DNA of 63,098 nt, counting the filler, from Octopus bimaculoides (Eukaryota): NCBI RefSeq assembly GCF_001194135.2. It is 5 parts of 5 records of this genome, joined end to end, with 100 filler letters (N's around TTAATTAATTAA, not from the genome) between each part and the next. Parts side by side here need not be neighbours in the genome. Positions count along the whole stretch, not along the records: positions 16,751 to 41,435 come from NC_068984.1; 4 more parts are not named here. One strand, 5' to 3'. Numbering within the stretch: the first letter of the stretch is position 1; each line of letters starts with the position of its first letter. A model generated the notes under the pieces. That model was not told where the DNA came from. It saw only the letters and a list, made by a program, of their open reading frames with translations, and made no database searches. The translations under genes and the position numbers were made by a program. Shown piece by piece: positions 25,561-39,830 of the stretch.

Positions 25561-25777
25561 AAGACAAAAGTTCTCTCAATGATCAAAGGAATTTTATTAC
25601 AGAACTATTTATACTATTAAAGATATGATATATATAAATATGTATTTGCAGCAGATAAATACATGCATATATTCTCTCTTTCCCTCTCTGTCTCACTCGC
25701 ACACAATCATACTGTCGCAGACCGAGATATATGTACACACATATTTCTGCTTGAGTGTGTGTGTGTGTATACATACA

Positions 25778-25831
<54 letters not shown>

Positions 25832-26043
25832 NNNNNNNNNNNNNNNNNNNNNNNNNNNNNNNNNNNNNNNNNNNNNNNNNNNNNNNNNNNNNNNNNNNNN
25901 NNNNNNNNNNNNNNNNNNNNNNNNNNNNNNNNNNNNNNNNNNNNNNNNNNNNNNNNNNNNNNNNNNNNNNNNNNNNNNNNNNNNNNNNNNNNNNNNNNNN
26001 NNNNNNNNNNNNNNNNNNNNNNNNNNNNNNNNNNNNNNNNNNN

Positions 26044-26095
<52 letters not shown>

Positions 26096-26649
26096 CATAC
26101 ATACATATATATATATATACATATATATATACACACACACATATATATATACACACACACTGATAGATGCACGCATATACTCATGCACGCACACAGACAC
26201 GTGCGCGCGCACACACAGACACGTGCACGCGCACACACACAAGCATGCACACACACACGCACACACACACATATACATACACGCTCACCCATGCATATAA
26301 TGTATATTTATGCGTGCGCGTGTGTGTGTGGAGGGCGTATGTGGGCGTGTGTATACGTATGCGATTTGGCTAAGTATGTATTCGAACATGTATCTCTTTG
26401 AATATATTAATCTCTGTCTCTCGATAAATATAAAGGTATGTTTTCTTTATGCACGCAAACATGCATCTTACATGCACCATGCATACAAACACTGCTCAAA
26501 TACTATCACCAATAAACAGAACAACATACTGAAATGTATACATAGTACGAAATATAACAAAAGCAGAGGTTTATAAATATAGAAATAAACATTAATAACA
26601 GTAAGACACTTGTAACAAGTTTGGATAATATTAATAATAATCGTTTCTA

Positions 26650-27005
26650 CTATAGGCACAAGGACTGAAACTTTTGAGGGGAAGGGAAAATCGATTACAT
26701 CGACCCCAGTACTTGACTGGTACTTAATTTATCGGCCCCGAAATGATGAAAGGCAGACTCAACCTCAGCGGAATTGGAACTTACAACGTAGCGACGGGTG
26801 AAATACAGCTAAGCATTTCATCGAGTGTGCTAACGATTCTGCCAGCTTAAATAAACCGACTCTGTACGTTCCGAGATCAAATTTTGCCGAGACCGACTAT
26901 GTCTTTGATACTTTCGGAATTGATAAAAACAAGTATTAGTAATGGAGTCAATGTAATCAACTATTCTCTTCTTCAATATTTCAGGCCTTGTGCCTATAGT
27001 AGAAA
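26650..27005. mobile_element. SINE family 1 copy on minus strand (26650-26850) abutting a partial plus-strand copy (26860-27005)
   Basis: CGATTACATCGACCCCAGTACTTGACTGGTACTT...GTGCTAACGATTCTGCCAGCT; the second piece ends AGAAAGGATTATT. Confidence 0.75.
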
Positions 27006-27015
27006 GGATTATTAT

Positions 27016-27050
<35 letters not shown>

Positions 27051-27179
27051 TTATTATTATTATTATTATTATTATTGTTTTTGCACAGGTTCTAACGCTG
27101 TGCTAGTTGTTCACTACGGTGCCAGCGGTTCACTACCAGTGAAATAAGGTAACACCTCTTAATTTTCGAGCATCATCAC

Positions 27180-27181
27180 TA

Positions 27182-27245
<64 letters not shown>

Positions 27246-30240
27246 TATTATTATTATCATTCCTTCGTAACACAGTGTAGGTAATAATGCACCGGAGTCT
27301 TTAGTCATCTGTCAAGTCAAAACAAGGACCTCAGACAGATAGTATTTTCCTTAAGATGTGCGCTGTGCCCAATAAGGATGCTTTTTGTAAGACATCAATC
27401 TTGCATGGGATTTCCAGTTGCCTTAAGAAGTTTTGAAATTTCAATGGAATTGAGCCCGATCACCGTTGGTATCATTTTTACAGTCATGCCATTTCCGCTT
27501 TCAATTCGGAGTACTTGGTGATTTTTCTAACCTCTTCACTCACAACATTCATTTGGTTTGGCTACATCAATGATCTGACACTATTTGTCTCTCTGATTCA
27601 ATATGACAATATCCGGCCGACGGTGTTCGATTACATGATCCGTCTGAAAATCTTTGTCCCAGAGTATCGTTACTTTTCATCCTCCTGCATAACTTTACTT
27701 GGTACATGCTCATACCAGTTCTCTGTTACTTAATATTGGTATTTACAGCATAAGAACCAATGAAGATACACACACATTTTATCGTGGCAACGCTTGTATT
27801 CATTTTGTGCAAGGCTCTCACATCCACTTACCAAGTGGGTCACATTTTCTACACTCTTTCCACAGAGTCTACATTTCTGGGTGTCAGAAGTTTTATAGAT
27901 GTCATACTTCACTGAATTGGTAGCGACAGCCTTGTCTTGTGAAGCAATGATCAGGTTTTCGGTGGTACGCTCCAAATCACTTCGCTCAAGCTATGTCCAC
28001 GATGCTGTATTATCCTTAACGTCCTCTGTATTCCTTTCAAACTGTCCATGCATTCTCATTTCAAGACGGTCTTCTTTTCTCTTCTCCTCATCTCTTTGGT
28101 TAAACTCTTCCTTACTCATCATTTCATCTGCAATTTACTCCCATATCGTTCGCAACATATTGCAGCAGATCTTCATCACTATTTATCAAATACTCGGCAA
28201 GCGTTCTCCTTCCACTCCTTATACAATGGTCTATACTAATTAGTCCTCTGCCATCATTCTTTCTTTTCATATACACTCTACGTTTGCTTTAGGGTGTAGC
28301 ACCCCATGCAGTATCATCAACTTTCCCGTCCTTCTACCCAGTATTGATATTTCCTACTTTGTCCATTTGAAGATGGATGCACTATATCTGACCACCGCAA
28401 CTGCCCAGATATTCATTGCGGTAATCAAATTTTTGATTGGATTTCAACACCATCTTCACCCTTTTTTGACACGCCTCGCTGACCTTGACTTTCATTTCTC
28501 TGTGTAGAATGTCATCCAGCTCCAAAAATCTCTAAATATCTATACCCACTGATCCCAGGTGATCTTTGGTAGCCTGAGAACTCTTCCTACATCCTTTTTG
28601 TTCCCTTGGTAGTATTTCTCCCTGTACCAGGAAAGTATGTGTCTTTGCCGCAAATGTCCCAGTCAGTATCTTCCAGATTGTGTTTAGGCATGCTATGGAA
28701 CGGTAATTTTCCACAATATTCCTCTTTCGTCTATCTCTCATTATAAGTGTTGTCCTCCCAGTCACCATCTACGCGGGGACTGTACCTTTCTGGACACACT
28801 CATTCAATTGGGCTGCTAGTCATTCATGCACCGCGTGGCATCTCTTCAGCCAAAAGTCATGAATCCCATTTGGTCCGGGGGCTTTCCAGTGAAGCACTTA
28901 AACCCACTTGTTCTTTTCACTTCACCCGTGCTTATGACAATATTCCTTTGTTTCTTTCCTCCTTGTAATTCTGTGTTGATAGTTCCTATCCAAATTGCAT
29001 CTCTTTTATGCATCACAGTGTTTTCCCATAAACGGCTCCAGAACTCCTTGGCTTGATTTGCACCAGGAGCAACATTTTCCCCATTGTCTCCTAACGTTCG
29101 GAAGAATTGCTTCAGGTTATTTTTTAACAATCTGTTCTCCTCGAACTGCTTATTTTTGTTCACAAATATTCTGATCTCCTCGCTTTTTGCCACTATCCTC
29201 TGTTTTAACTGTTCTATTACTGTATCAAACCCGTTCTTCCGTATTTTATATTTCTTCTCTAATTTTTCTCTGTCGGTCTTTTCCCCATTTTTCCAGATTC
29301 CTCTTAACCATTGCTCAATTTTCCTTAGATCTTGACTTGCACACATCATGTCCCTTTCAATGTGTCGTTTCAACTATGTTTCTTTTACTCCACCATTTTT
29401 TGTTTTCTTAAGTTGTAATTTCTCCTCAACAAGTAGTGCAATAGCTCGGAGAAGATTCCTTGTTTGTGTTATGCCCTTCGTCTGGATGTATGTATGACAG
29501 TATTTATCTTTTATGTTACTTCATTTATCACACTCCTATCTACCCTTCTCATATTCATGGGGATTTTTTCTTCTGGAGCATTCATCATCTCGGTGAGTCG
29601 TCTTTGAATTTCAAGCAATTCATTATCTAGTTGGTTCATTTCCCCTGCATGTCCACCCATCAAAGTATCAGGTTTCACTATGTAACATCCCTGTTCCCCA
29701 TCCTTAACAGCCCCATCACAATTCTCCTGTTCCTCCTGTCTACTCTTCTCAACTCCGACCATCCTTTGCAGCCCATCCGCAGAGTCTCTTATACTCTCAC
29801 TAATCCGAGATATTTCTACTCCAGTTAAGTAACCCTATTTCCTAACCACTCTCACTTGGTTCATTAGTTTATTTTCTGACATTGGACACATGTCCTTTTC
29901 CATCCAAAATTTCAAGGTACGTCGGCCTGCTCCACGATTTTTTGCCAGCTTTGGTCTTTCATGACATTCAATAAGTGTATCGTATTATTCCTTCGTCCAC
30001 TTATGTCTGTTTTTCGCACACCGTGTATGTGATCTGTTGCAAAATGACGACCGTCCGAAGCCATATCACTGCCCTTGATGCGAGCGGTTTCGGACGTACC
30101 GGGCGGGAAACCTTCACCATAATCGGCTATAGCTTCATTCACGCCGTTAATTCTTTGATTGTTGGGTTGCATCATGATTTCATGAGTCGTTCGTGGGGTT
30201 CCCACGAGAGTTGTTATTGAGATTCCATCACTCTCTTACA
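27180..30240 (-). mobile_element. Long R4/Dong LINE remnant with internal deletion of the RT core
   Basis: 3' tail (TAA)n 27180-27260; LLGTAHILRK end; CRLC...HLVSGC...EYKRCHD knuckle; NYRSIACLNTIWKILT...REQKGC...KDHL joined directly to (Y)RFLELDD, so no YMDD segment. Confidence 0.85.
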
Positions 30241-30394
30241 CTCTTTATTTGTATATATACGTGCACCTGTATGTACATACACATATATATAAATAACGTG
30301 CCTGCATTAGATCGCCTCCATAACCACAGTGATTATCATTATCACTATCATTCTACCTATAGCATTTAAAAATTTCAGTAGCAATATGGGTCCC

Positions 30395-30860
30395 GGTATA
30401 TTGCATTAGATCTTCATCACTTTTTATCAAATACTCGGCAAGCGTTCTCCTTTCACTCCTTATACAATGGTCTATACTAATTAGTTCTCCCCCCTATGCT
30501 TTCTTTTCATATACAGTATGTTTGCGTTTGCAGTTAACACTGAATACTATCTTTTGCTATCTCTGCTTGAATGGTAATCCAGGGATCATTCTCAACTAAG
30601 TTTTAGTTCCTTTACTGGTCATTTCAAGTGCTTCCATAATCGTTAGTATTATAACCGTCTTGAGATACTATCTTTGCTCCAACCACTGTCGTCATCTGCC
30701 CACCGTTCTCTTTTGGTTTTGTTTTCTGCTTGGGCAGTGACATTAGTAGAGGCGCTTTCCTGTTCAGAGGTAACTTTTCCGCCTGTCATCGCCTCTTGTT
30801 GCATGCTATTTTTGTTTTCGTATCTTAAGCGCCTCAAGACCGTAGATAGAAATTAGCTTT
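30395..30860 (-). mobile_element. Additional R4/Dong-like fragments
   Basis: About 30400-30520 duplicates about 28160-28280; 30649-30837 encodes KTKRERWADDD, similar to the N-terminal RxKWTxxEN motif. Confidence 0.55.
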
Positions 30861-31380
30861 TATTTGTTTTCGAAGTTTTATTTCCGAGCACATCTGTTTT
30901 TTTCTTTATTTAAAATGAAACGTGTTACATTTTACATTTATTGTTATTATGTGTTTCTTTTAATTTGTTTAAACACTGTGTGCTCTACGTTGTCTTGTTT
31001 ATGTACGAGATGTATGGGTGCTTGTGTGAAATATATAAACATTACATTTATGTGTATTTGTATAAAGATGAGATTGCACATACTATTATTATTTGTACTT
31101 ACAGTGTTTTTCTGTAGCGACATCGCATTCTCGCGTATTGCTTCAATTCATGTATGGGCAAGTCGCATTAATGCATGTTATTTATATGATCATACGCTTT
31201 TTTTCTGCAACAAGATGCCTGACAGCACGCATATTTTATATATGAAAGAAATATTTCGGTATCCTGATCTAATTTATATTAGGGACCAATTTTCTTTCAT
31301 ATTTTTGCAGTTTCAAAAATCCTATTTGCCGATGATCAGATTTAATCCAACTTCGCAAGGAACTCGCTCGATCACGTCCG

Positions 31381-32450
31381 TATTATTATTATATGTTTGA
31401 CTTTTGCTTTGTATTTGTACAAGTTGACTCCGAGTCTCACCCAGAGACCTCGAGAGACAACAAGCTAGAAGTTCAAGTTGGTGTTATGCCTAGGGTGTCA
31501 TATTTAGTTTTGCACACAGTATTGTTCTAGAGAATGTTTAAGAAAACAACAAAATATAAGTTTGTTTTAAAATTCGAGATTACATAGACAGTATTTTACG
31601 TAGGTTATGGACAGTTCTCATGAGCACTATCTTCCGAATTTCTGCCATTTTTGGGTTTCCTGGTATCTGAACTAGGTAGCAATCAGCCNNNNNNNNNNNN
31701 NNNNNNNNNNNNNNNNNNNNNNNNNNNNNNNNNNNNNNNNNNNNNNNNNNNNNNNNNNNNNNNNNNNNNNNNNNNNNNNNNNNNNNNNNNNNNNNNNNNN
31801 NNNNNNNNNNNNNNNNNNNNNNNNNNNNNNNNNNNNNNNNNNNNNNNNNNNNNNNNNNNNNNNNNNNNNNNNNNNNNNNNNNNNNNNNNNNNNNNNNNNN
31901 NNNNNNNNNNNNNNNNNNNNNNNNNNNNNNNNNNNNNNNNNNNNNNNNNNNNNNNNNNNNNNNNNNNNNNNNNNCAGGTCCAGGTTTTTGAAAATTACCC
32001 AGTGAATATACTGTGCTGCTCTATCATGCCTGCTGAAATACACCGTAGACGCAAGAAGACTACACATGGAGACAGCATGATCAATGGTCATTTTGTTGTT
32101 GACATACACGACATGTTGGGCTACTGCCGCTCTTCAATGTTAGCCTGGTAGTTTCTTGTAGGTAGGCATTGATCTTGGGCTGCTATGATAAACCCTTCTG
32201 TTTCTGATTTTAAGCCAGTATCCACTAACCATTGATGGGTAAGGGCTTTGTCAACATCAGCACTATTAGCTCTATTTGGGTATTTACCATTGAGAGATTA
32301 TTCTTGCCATTTATCATTAAGAATATCTAAGGCAGTAGTTTTAGCACGGGTCTTCATGCGCTTAGATTTTTTCTGAACTTGTTTCCAATACGTCTAATTC
32401 TGGAATTTGTTGTATTTGGAATTCACTTAGATATTCCTTTGCCTGTTGTG
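31381..32450 (-). mobile_element. R4/Dong LINE 3' part, same family as 22290-24400, inverted, with gap 31689-31974
   Basis: 31999-32333 is the exact reverse complement of 23362-23696; its 3' UTR matches 24249-24315. Confidence 0.9.
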
Positions 32451-32481
32451 TAATTGATTATGATGCTTCTTATTTTCATGC

Positions 32482-32571
<90 letters not shown>

Positions 32572-32831
32572 TTTATTATTTGTATCGATATTCTAATTTT
32601 TATGTATCCATTGATGATTATTTATTTATTTATTTGTTGTACAGTCACTGTTCAATATTTTTACTATTGTTCTTGTCATCTGCACAATGCGAATACATAG
32701 ATGCATACATACGTATGTATATATATGCATGTATGTACGTGTGTACATATATATACACATGCATATATATGCATATATATATACATGCATAGATACATAC
32801 ATACATAAATACACACACACACACACACACA

Positions 32832-32919
<88 letters not shown>

Positions 32920-33164
32920 CAGCAAATATTTTTTAATGCTTAAGCAAAACTGAGATAGCAGCGAAGCTTAGGCATTTAGCGATCGATAGGGAAAAGATTA
33001 AGAGAAAAGGAAATAGAGAAGAATGACAACATTGATGTGTATCTGTATATGTACATATATATGTATATAAGTATATTTATATACATATCTATATATGTAT
33101 ATACATACCTATCTAAATCCATCTCTAGTAAAAGCATATGGACGTATGTGTGTGTACATGTATA

Positions 33165-33204
<40 letters not shown>

Positions 33205-33214
33205 NNNNNNNNNN

Positions 33215-33260
<46 letters not shown>

Positions 33261-33770
33261 AGCCTATTTTATAGGTAAATATATATATATACATGTATGT
33301 ATTTGTGATTAGAATGAACTTGGGTGATTAATAGACGGAGCACTAAAGGATATGTATGTGTACGTATATCTGAATATGCAAATATGTGTATATAAATGCA
33401 TGTGCAAGTATGTTTGTGTATATATGAATTTATGCGTGCCTGTGCGTCCATCTGATTCTCTGCGTATATATATGCTTATATGCATTCATTTAAGTATGTG
33501 ATATGGAATGAACTTGGGGGATTAATATACAGAAGTCTAAAAGAGGTAAAAATGCTTTGATGTATAGCAAGTCTGTGTACTATATTGGAAACCATTTCTT
33601 TAAAAAGCATTATGTTGCATATATAGATGCATGCGCGTACACTCACTCACATACACACATATGTCTGCGTATGTATGAATGTATGTATGTGTATGTGTAT
33701 ATTGTATATACACGTATATATATTTTTCATGTATTCATGTTGTTGCGCCATTTGTCACGCGTATACAACA

Positions 33771-33833
<63 letters not shown>

Positions 33834-33949
33834 GTCATAGGCGTAACGCATGACTAGTCCATTCAATAGGTATATTGGTATTTATTATATCGATTTCAGA
33901 AGGATGATATTGATAGGCTTTCATCTGAATATAAATGGATTAGTCCGGC

Positions 33950-34720
33950 GGTTCGTGGTTCTTGCCTGGAGCGTCTTCTTGTTGAAGGGACGCTTCTCAG
34001 TGGTCAGGCAGTCAGACTGCTGCCAGTACTCTTTGCGTGGCGACTTAGGTATGCCGTGGATTCTCATTCGAAGACGAGCGCTCAGGTTGTACCACCTGCA
34101 ATGATTTCTGGACGGTGAGTGTATGTGGGCTCCGTTTATGGGCACGTATTTCTGCAGCTCGTCTCCTTGACGGAGCTGCAGTCCTGGGTGAAGAAATGAC
34201 CGAGATTTATCTCCTGGCACTATAATGTCGTCAGGCGCTCACAGTCCTCTACTAGTCGGACAGCGGGATTGGTGGAAGTTCCAATTTAGAAGGGGAAGAG
34301 TATGACGTTCTCGGCAAGATTCTGGGCATCGACGAAAACGAATTGGCCAGTCTGTTCCGAAGGACTTTCCAGATGTCCTTGGTGTGGCAGTGTTACCGAG
34401 GGGCGCTTCTAGTTCGAGAGAAATTCTACAGGCACGGATGTACTGTCAGACGGGCTTGTCCGAGGAGTGCGCTGAACGACAAAACCGTTCTGCACACATT
34501 CATTCAGTAGATGGAACTGCTCGAAGAATAGACCTGTGAGTCGAAGAACAAAAATTGAAGAGTGCACTTGCCCTTGCAGTTCCAGATCTTTGATGGTGGG
34601 TTCCTCAATTACCCTAAAGGTCCTCCTTTGTCAGGATGACAACATCACTATCATCCCAATTTTTAATTTCATTTCATTCTATTTTTATTGTTGCCTACTA
34701 TGCCTCCTTCCCTTCTCTGT
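33950..34720 (+). mobile_element. Tx1/L1-clade LINE 3' fragment
   Basis: SLVWQCYRGALLVREKFYRHG...CPR...KTVLH (zf-RVT-like); 3' end GGTTCCTC..TTA.CCTAAAGGTCC shared with the inverted copy at about 38440-38495. Confidence 0.75.
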
Positions 34721-34787
34721 CTTATTGTATACTGTGTATACTTTCTCTACATTTACGCAATATACAATATCTGTACACCACTTCAAA

Positions 34788-34868
<81 letters not shown>

Positions 34869-34869
34869 T

Positions 34870-36480
34870 TGCTTCACCGACCTTGGCTGCCGACCATCCC
34901 ACTGGGCGCCAGCTTCTGGCCAGTTCCAAGCAGTCGATCCTTTTGCAAGCATCTGCTGACGTGTTGTGGACTGGTTTAACTTACGCAGATGTCCCGACAT
35001 TTTAACATCTCTCGGCCCTTCGATGTCTCCGACGTCGCAATGACATCATCATCATAAAACCGGCTGACAAGATGGGGCCGTGGTGGGGTGGAACGCAGAC
35101 CTCTACAAGGCTGAAGCTCTCCGCCAACTTCAAGACACCTCCTCCTATTGTCCTCTGCGCTCCAACCACATACCTAACTACCAACAGAATGTGTCTTCCA
35201 CTATCCATGACCTCATATCCTCCTCCTCCCGTCTCCCTCCGACCGTCTCTAACATTATTGTCCACACTCCACGCACCCTACCATTTACTTCCTTCCCCAA
35301 ATCTACTAGACCCATTGTCTCCGCCTGTAACTACCCCACGGTATTGATCTCAAAATACCTGTACCGTGTCTTTGCCCCCTAGTGACTTCTCACCCCTCTC
35401 ACATCCACGACACTAACCATGCTTTCCGTTTCTTCAAATTTTTCTACTTCCCTCCTGGCCCCTCGAAACTTCTCTTCACTCTTAATATGAAAAGTCTTGT
35501 ATACGGTGATCCCACACAACGAAGGACTTCTTGCACTCACACACTTCCTAGACCTTCGACCCACTCTCAACCTGACACCTCCACACCACTTCGTATGGCC
35601 GAACTTGTTCCTTTTCTCAAATGTTTCTCGTTCACGGGGGATTTTTACCAGCAAGTCTCGGGAGTGGCCATGGGAACGAGAATGGGCCGCATCTATGCGA
35701 ACCTGTTCGTTGGCTACGTTGAGGCCCACATATTCTCATGATTCACTGGTCCCACTCCCGAACTATACGGTTGTTATATTTATGACTGTATCGGTGTGAC
35801 GTCACTCTCCCGCGAACAACTAGTATCCTTTCTCTCTTTTGTCCAAGCCTTCCATCCTGTCCCCGAAATCTCTTGCACTATTTCCAACACTTCCGCCGCA
35901 TTTCTCGACATTTTGGTCAACATACACCACTCCGCTCTCACTACCTCCATCCAATCTCTCCACTCCTTACTCCCAATTCCTCCGTCTGCGTAGGCTCTGC
36001 AGTACCAACCATGACTTTGAAACTCAGTCTCAACTCATGGCTCGCCCCTTCAGCCTTCGTAGATGTTCTCTCACCACTATCCACACAACCCTTGCCGGAG
36101 CACGTTCCGTGGACCGTGCCTCTGCTCTCTCTCCCGCACTCGCCCCGCCTTTTCCCGTCTCCACTTTCCCCTAACCTACCCCTTCCCTCCTTCAAACGAG
36201 CTCACAACCCGCGTGACCTCCTGGTTGACAGTTTCTTCCTTAACCCCACCTCCCAACCTGACTCGTTCACCTGCTTTTGCAACCAGTCACTATGCTTGAT
36301 CGCTAAATCCACAAGTTTTTTTATTCTCTCTCTGTTTATTTTCTCTTATTCCTTTCTGTTGAAGAACGTAGGTTCGAAACGTAAAAGACTTTCTCACTTT
36401 CCCGAGCGTCAAACTAATACACCTGCTTGTTGTTCATACACCTGCCTTTGTCTTTTGTTTTTCTGTAAATTTCAACTATG
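34870..36480 (+). mobile_element. Penelope-like element (Neptune-type RT), frameshifted, GIY-YIG largely deleted, ending in a pLTR
   Basis: IKPADK, YTVIPHNEGLLAL, QQVSGVAMGTRMG.IYANLFVGYVE, decayed catalytic CYIYD, PYSQFLRLRRLCS; pLTR about 36330-36478. Confidence 0.85.
36351..36388 (+). ncRNA. Minimal type I hammerhead-like motif with variant core CUGUUGA+A
   Basis: CTTT/AAAG stem I; CTGTTGA 36356-36362; stem II GAAC-GTAG-GTTC; GAAAC; self-complementary ACGT stem III; GUA site at 36383. Confidence 0.6.
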
Positions 36481-37199
36481 TATCATTCAACTACGGTTGT
36501 CGTTGAATATTGTTGTTACGGCCGCAATTTACTCACTCGTAGCACTTTCAGAGCTCTTTGCTAATTCAGTTCTTAACCAAATTGAGGACTGTTAACATTT
36601 TTGAAGAGGACTAGTTCCTAGCTACATTTTCGCATAACAAAAATTAAGATTTGATCCAGTAGAAAACCGTTTACATCAAAATTTGTAGCAAAGTTATAGG
36701 AGAGTAAGTAACGCTACCAATCAAGTTTAGATCTAAATAACATTTTTTTTATTTTAAAAGCAAAAATATATTTATCTTAGCTTCAATGCTAGAAGAAAGA
36801 ATGAAGAATTTCCTTGTTTCATTCCCATGTAACATAAAAATGTTGTGATGTAAAATATCATGAAAAAAATTATAAGGCAAAAAATTGAATTTAAGTATAA
36901 ACTTTTTTTTATTTTAAAAGCAAATTATATTTTAATTAAGCTTAAATGATTGAGCTCAATTCGAGGAATTTCTTGGTATCAATGAAGTTTTAAAAGAAAA
37001 TAGTTATGAGTGTTTGTTTCCAAATTTGAGTGTGATAATATAGTTCTATACTTTTTTCATTGATATTGTTCTATAAAGGGACTTTTAATATATGTCACTG
37101 GCGTCATTGAGGAAAGGAAAACATTATCAACGACACTGCTAATTGACACATTTGACACATTATAAATTAGCATAATAGTATAGCCTGGAAAAAACACAG

Positions 37200-38035
37200 A
37201 TTACATGGAAAAATGTGAGCAAGAGAAATATTTTTAAGATTATAAACCTGGAAAATTACAGGACAAGTTATTGCACTGGAAATGTTCGGGACAACTTATT
37301 ACATCTGGTAAAGTACAGAACAAGACAATTTTTACTTAAAATATTGCAGCTAAGGATAACATTTGAATATTAAAAAATTATTTGATTTTAATTTACAAAG
37401 TAACATTATAATTAAAAAGGTACCATCATTTTGTTCACTAGAATACTTAAAAAATGAGTGCCAGAAGTACCAATATAGCTAAAGTTTTATGCAAAGTAGA
37501 ATAGTATATATGGTAGGCAAATTCCGTATGTAAAAAATAGGCATTGGGTCAAGACTAAAAATGTGAAGACTTGGCAATAATTTAGGCAATAAATCAAGCA
37601 AATTTTACTGTGAATTTGTAGTTATAGGTAGATTTTACTGTAATATCTATTTTTTGTATTATTCTATTTATCATACTAAGTAATTATGTACTACTATTAA
37701 TTTTATAATCTATTTTCAAATTTCTAATTATTATTTAATAATTAACAAATTATTTTAGTTGAGCTATTTTCAATAGAATTAACAAGTAACAAGAAATAGA
37801 AGTAATAACTTGTAATAAAATTTTTAGTTTTAATAAAAGCTAATATTTTCTAAATCTAAATATTTTATTTGAAATGTTATCCTTAGCTGCAATATTTTAA
37901 GTAAAAATTTTCTCGCTCTGTACTTTACCAGATGTAATAAGTTGTCCTGAAATTTTCCAAGTGTAATAACTTGTCCTGTAATTTTCCAGGTTTATAATCT
38001 TCAGAATATTCTTTCTCCGTATTGTTCCATCTAAT
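37200..38035. mobile_element. Foldback/MITE-like element with long imperfect inverted arms
   Basis: About 132-bp arms 37236-37367 and 37868-38001 are near-perfect reverse complements with internal tandem sub-repeats (GGAAAA...GGACAA..TTATT). Confidence 0.7.
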
Positions 38036-38155
38036 ATATATATATATATATATCATGTCATTATATGAAAACCTCCACAGTTGATGTCTGTCTTTGTATT
38101 GCCCACCTTATCCTTCGCCCTAGTGGCAAATAAAGAAATCGTCGTCATCACCACC

Positions 38156-39418
<1,263 letters not shown>

Positions 39419-39454
39419 TATAATAATAGTAATAATAATGATAATAATAATGAC

Positions 39455-39830
39455 TGCCCTGTTGCAGTACCAGGCAGTGGCTCTCATGGCTTCTGATCTT
39501 AACTGATTGGAAGTGTTATCATGTACATGTTTTGTCTCGGTAAAAAAAGATTGGCTACAGCAAATATTGCTCAATACCACAGATTTGCTTGTTGGTTGTT
39601 TGACATTGACCAGTTTAGCATGTCCCTTGGTGGCTGACAATATGTGCATCTCTGATCACGAGCAGAAGTAGTGGGGGAGCATCATAGCCATATGTTGAGA
39701 GGAATTCTTTGGGATTTGAATAATTCACCTCTTAAAACATGGGTGTTTTGTTCATCATCCTTAAACAAACCTTATTCAGGGACTTTTTGAGCGGGATGGG
39801 CTACTTGACCTGAAGAAAATTCTAACTGGG
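39455..39830 (+). repeat. Interspersed repeat family X
   Basis: 3' portion overlaps 24685-24800 in sequence; followed by a partial minus-strand SINE family 1 piece (39830-39940). Confidence 0.7.

Noticed and set aside
25182-25628. 148-aa hydrophobic ORF resembling a multi-pass membrane protein
   Set aside because: It is the T-rich antisense of a decayed Penelope RT thumb region (ICS...NGYP on the minus strand).
35873-36595. 240-aa ORF, the longest N-free ORF in the track
   Set aside because: Out-of-frame read-through of the decayed Penelope RT and pLTR; the meaningful frame is 35839-36174.
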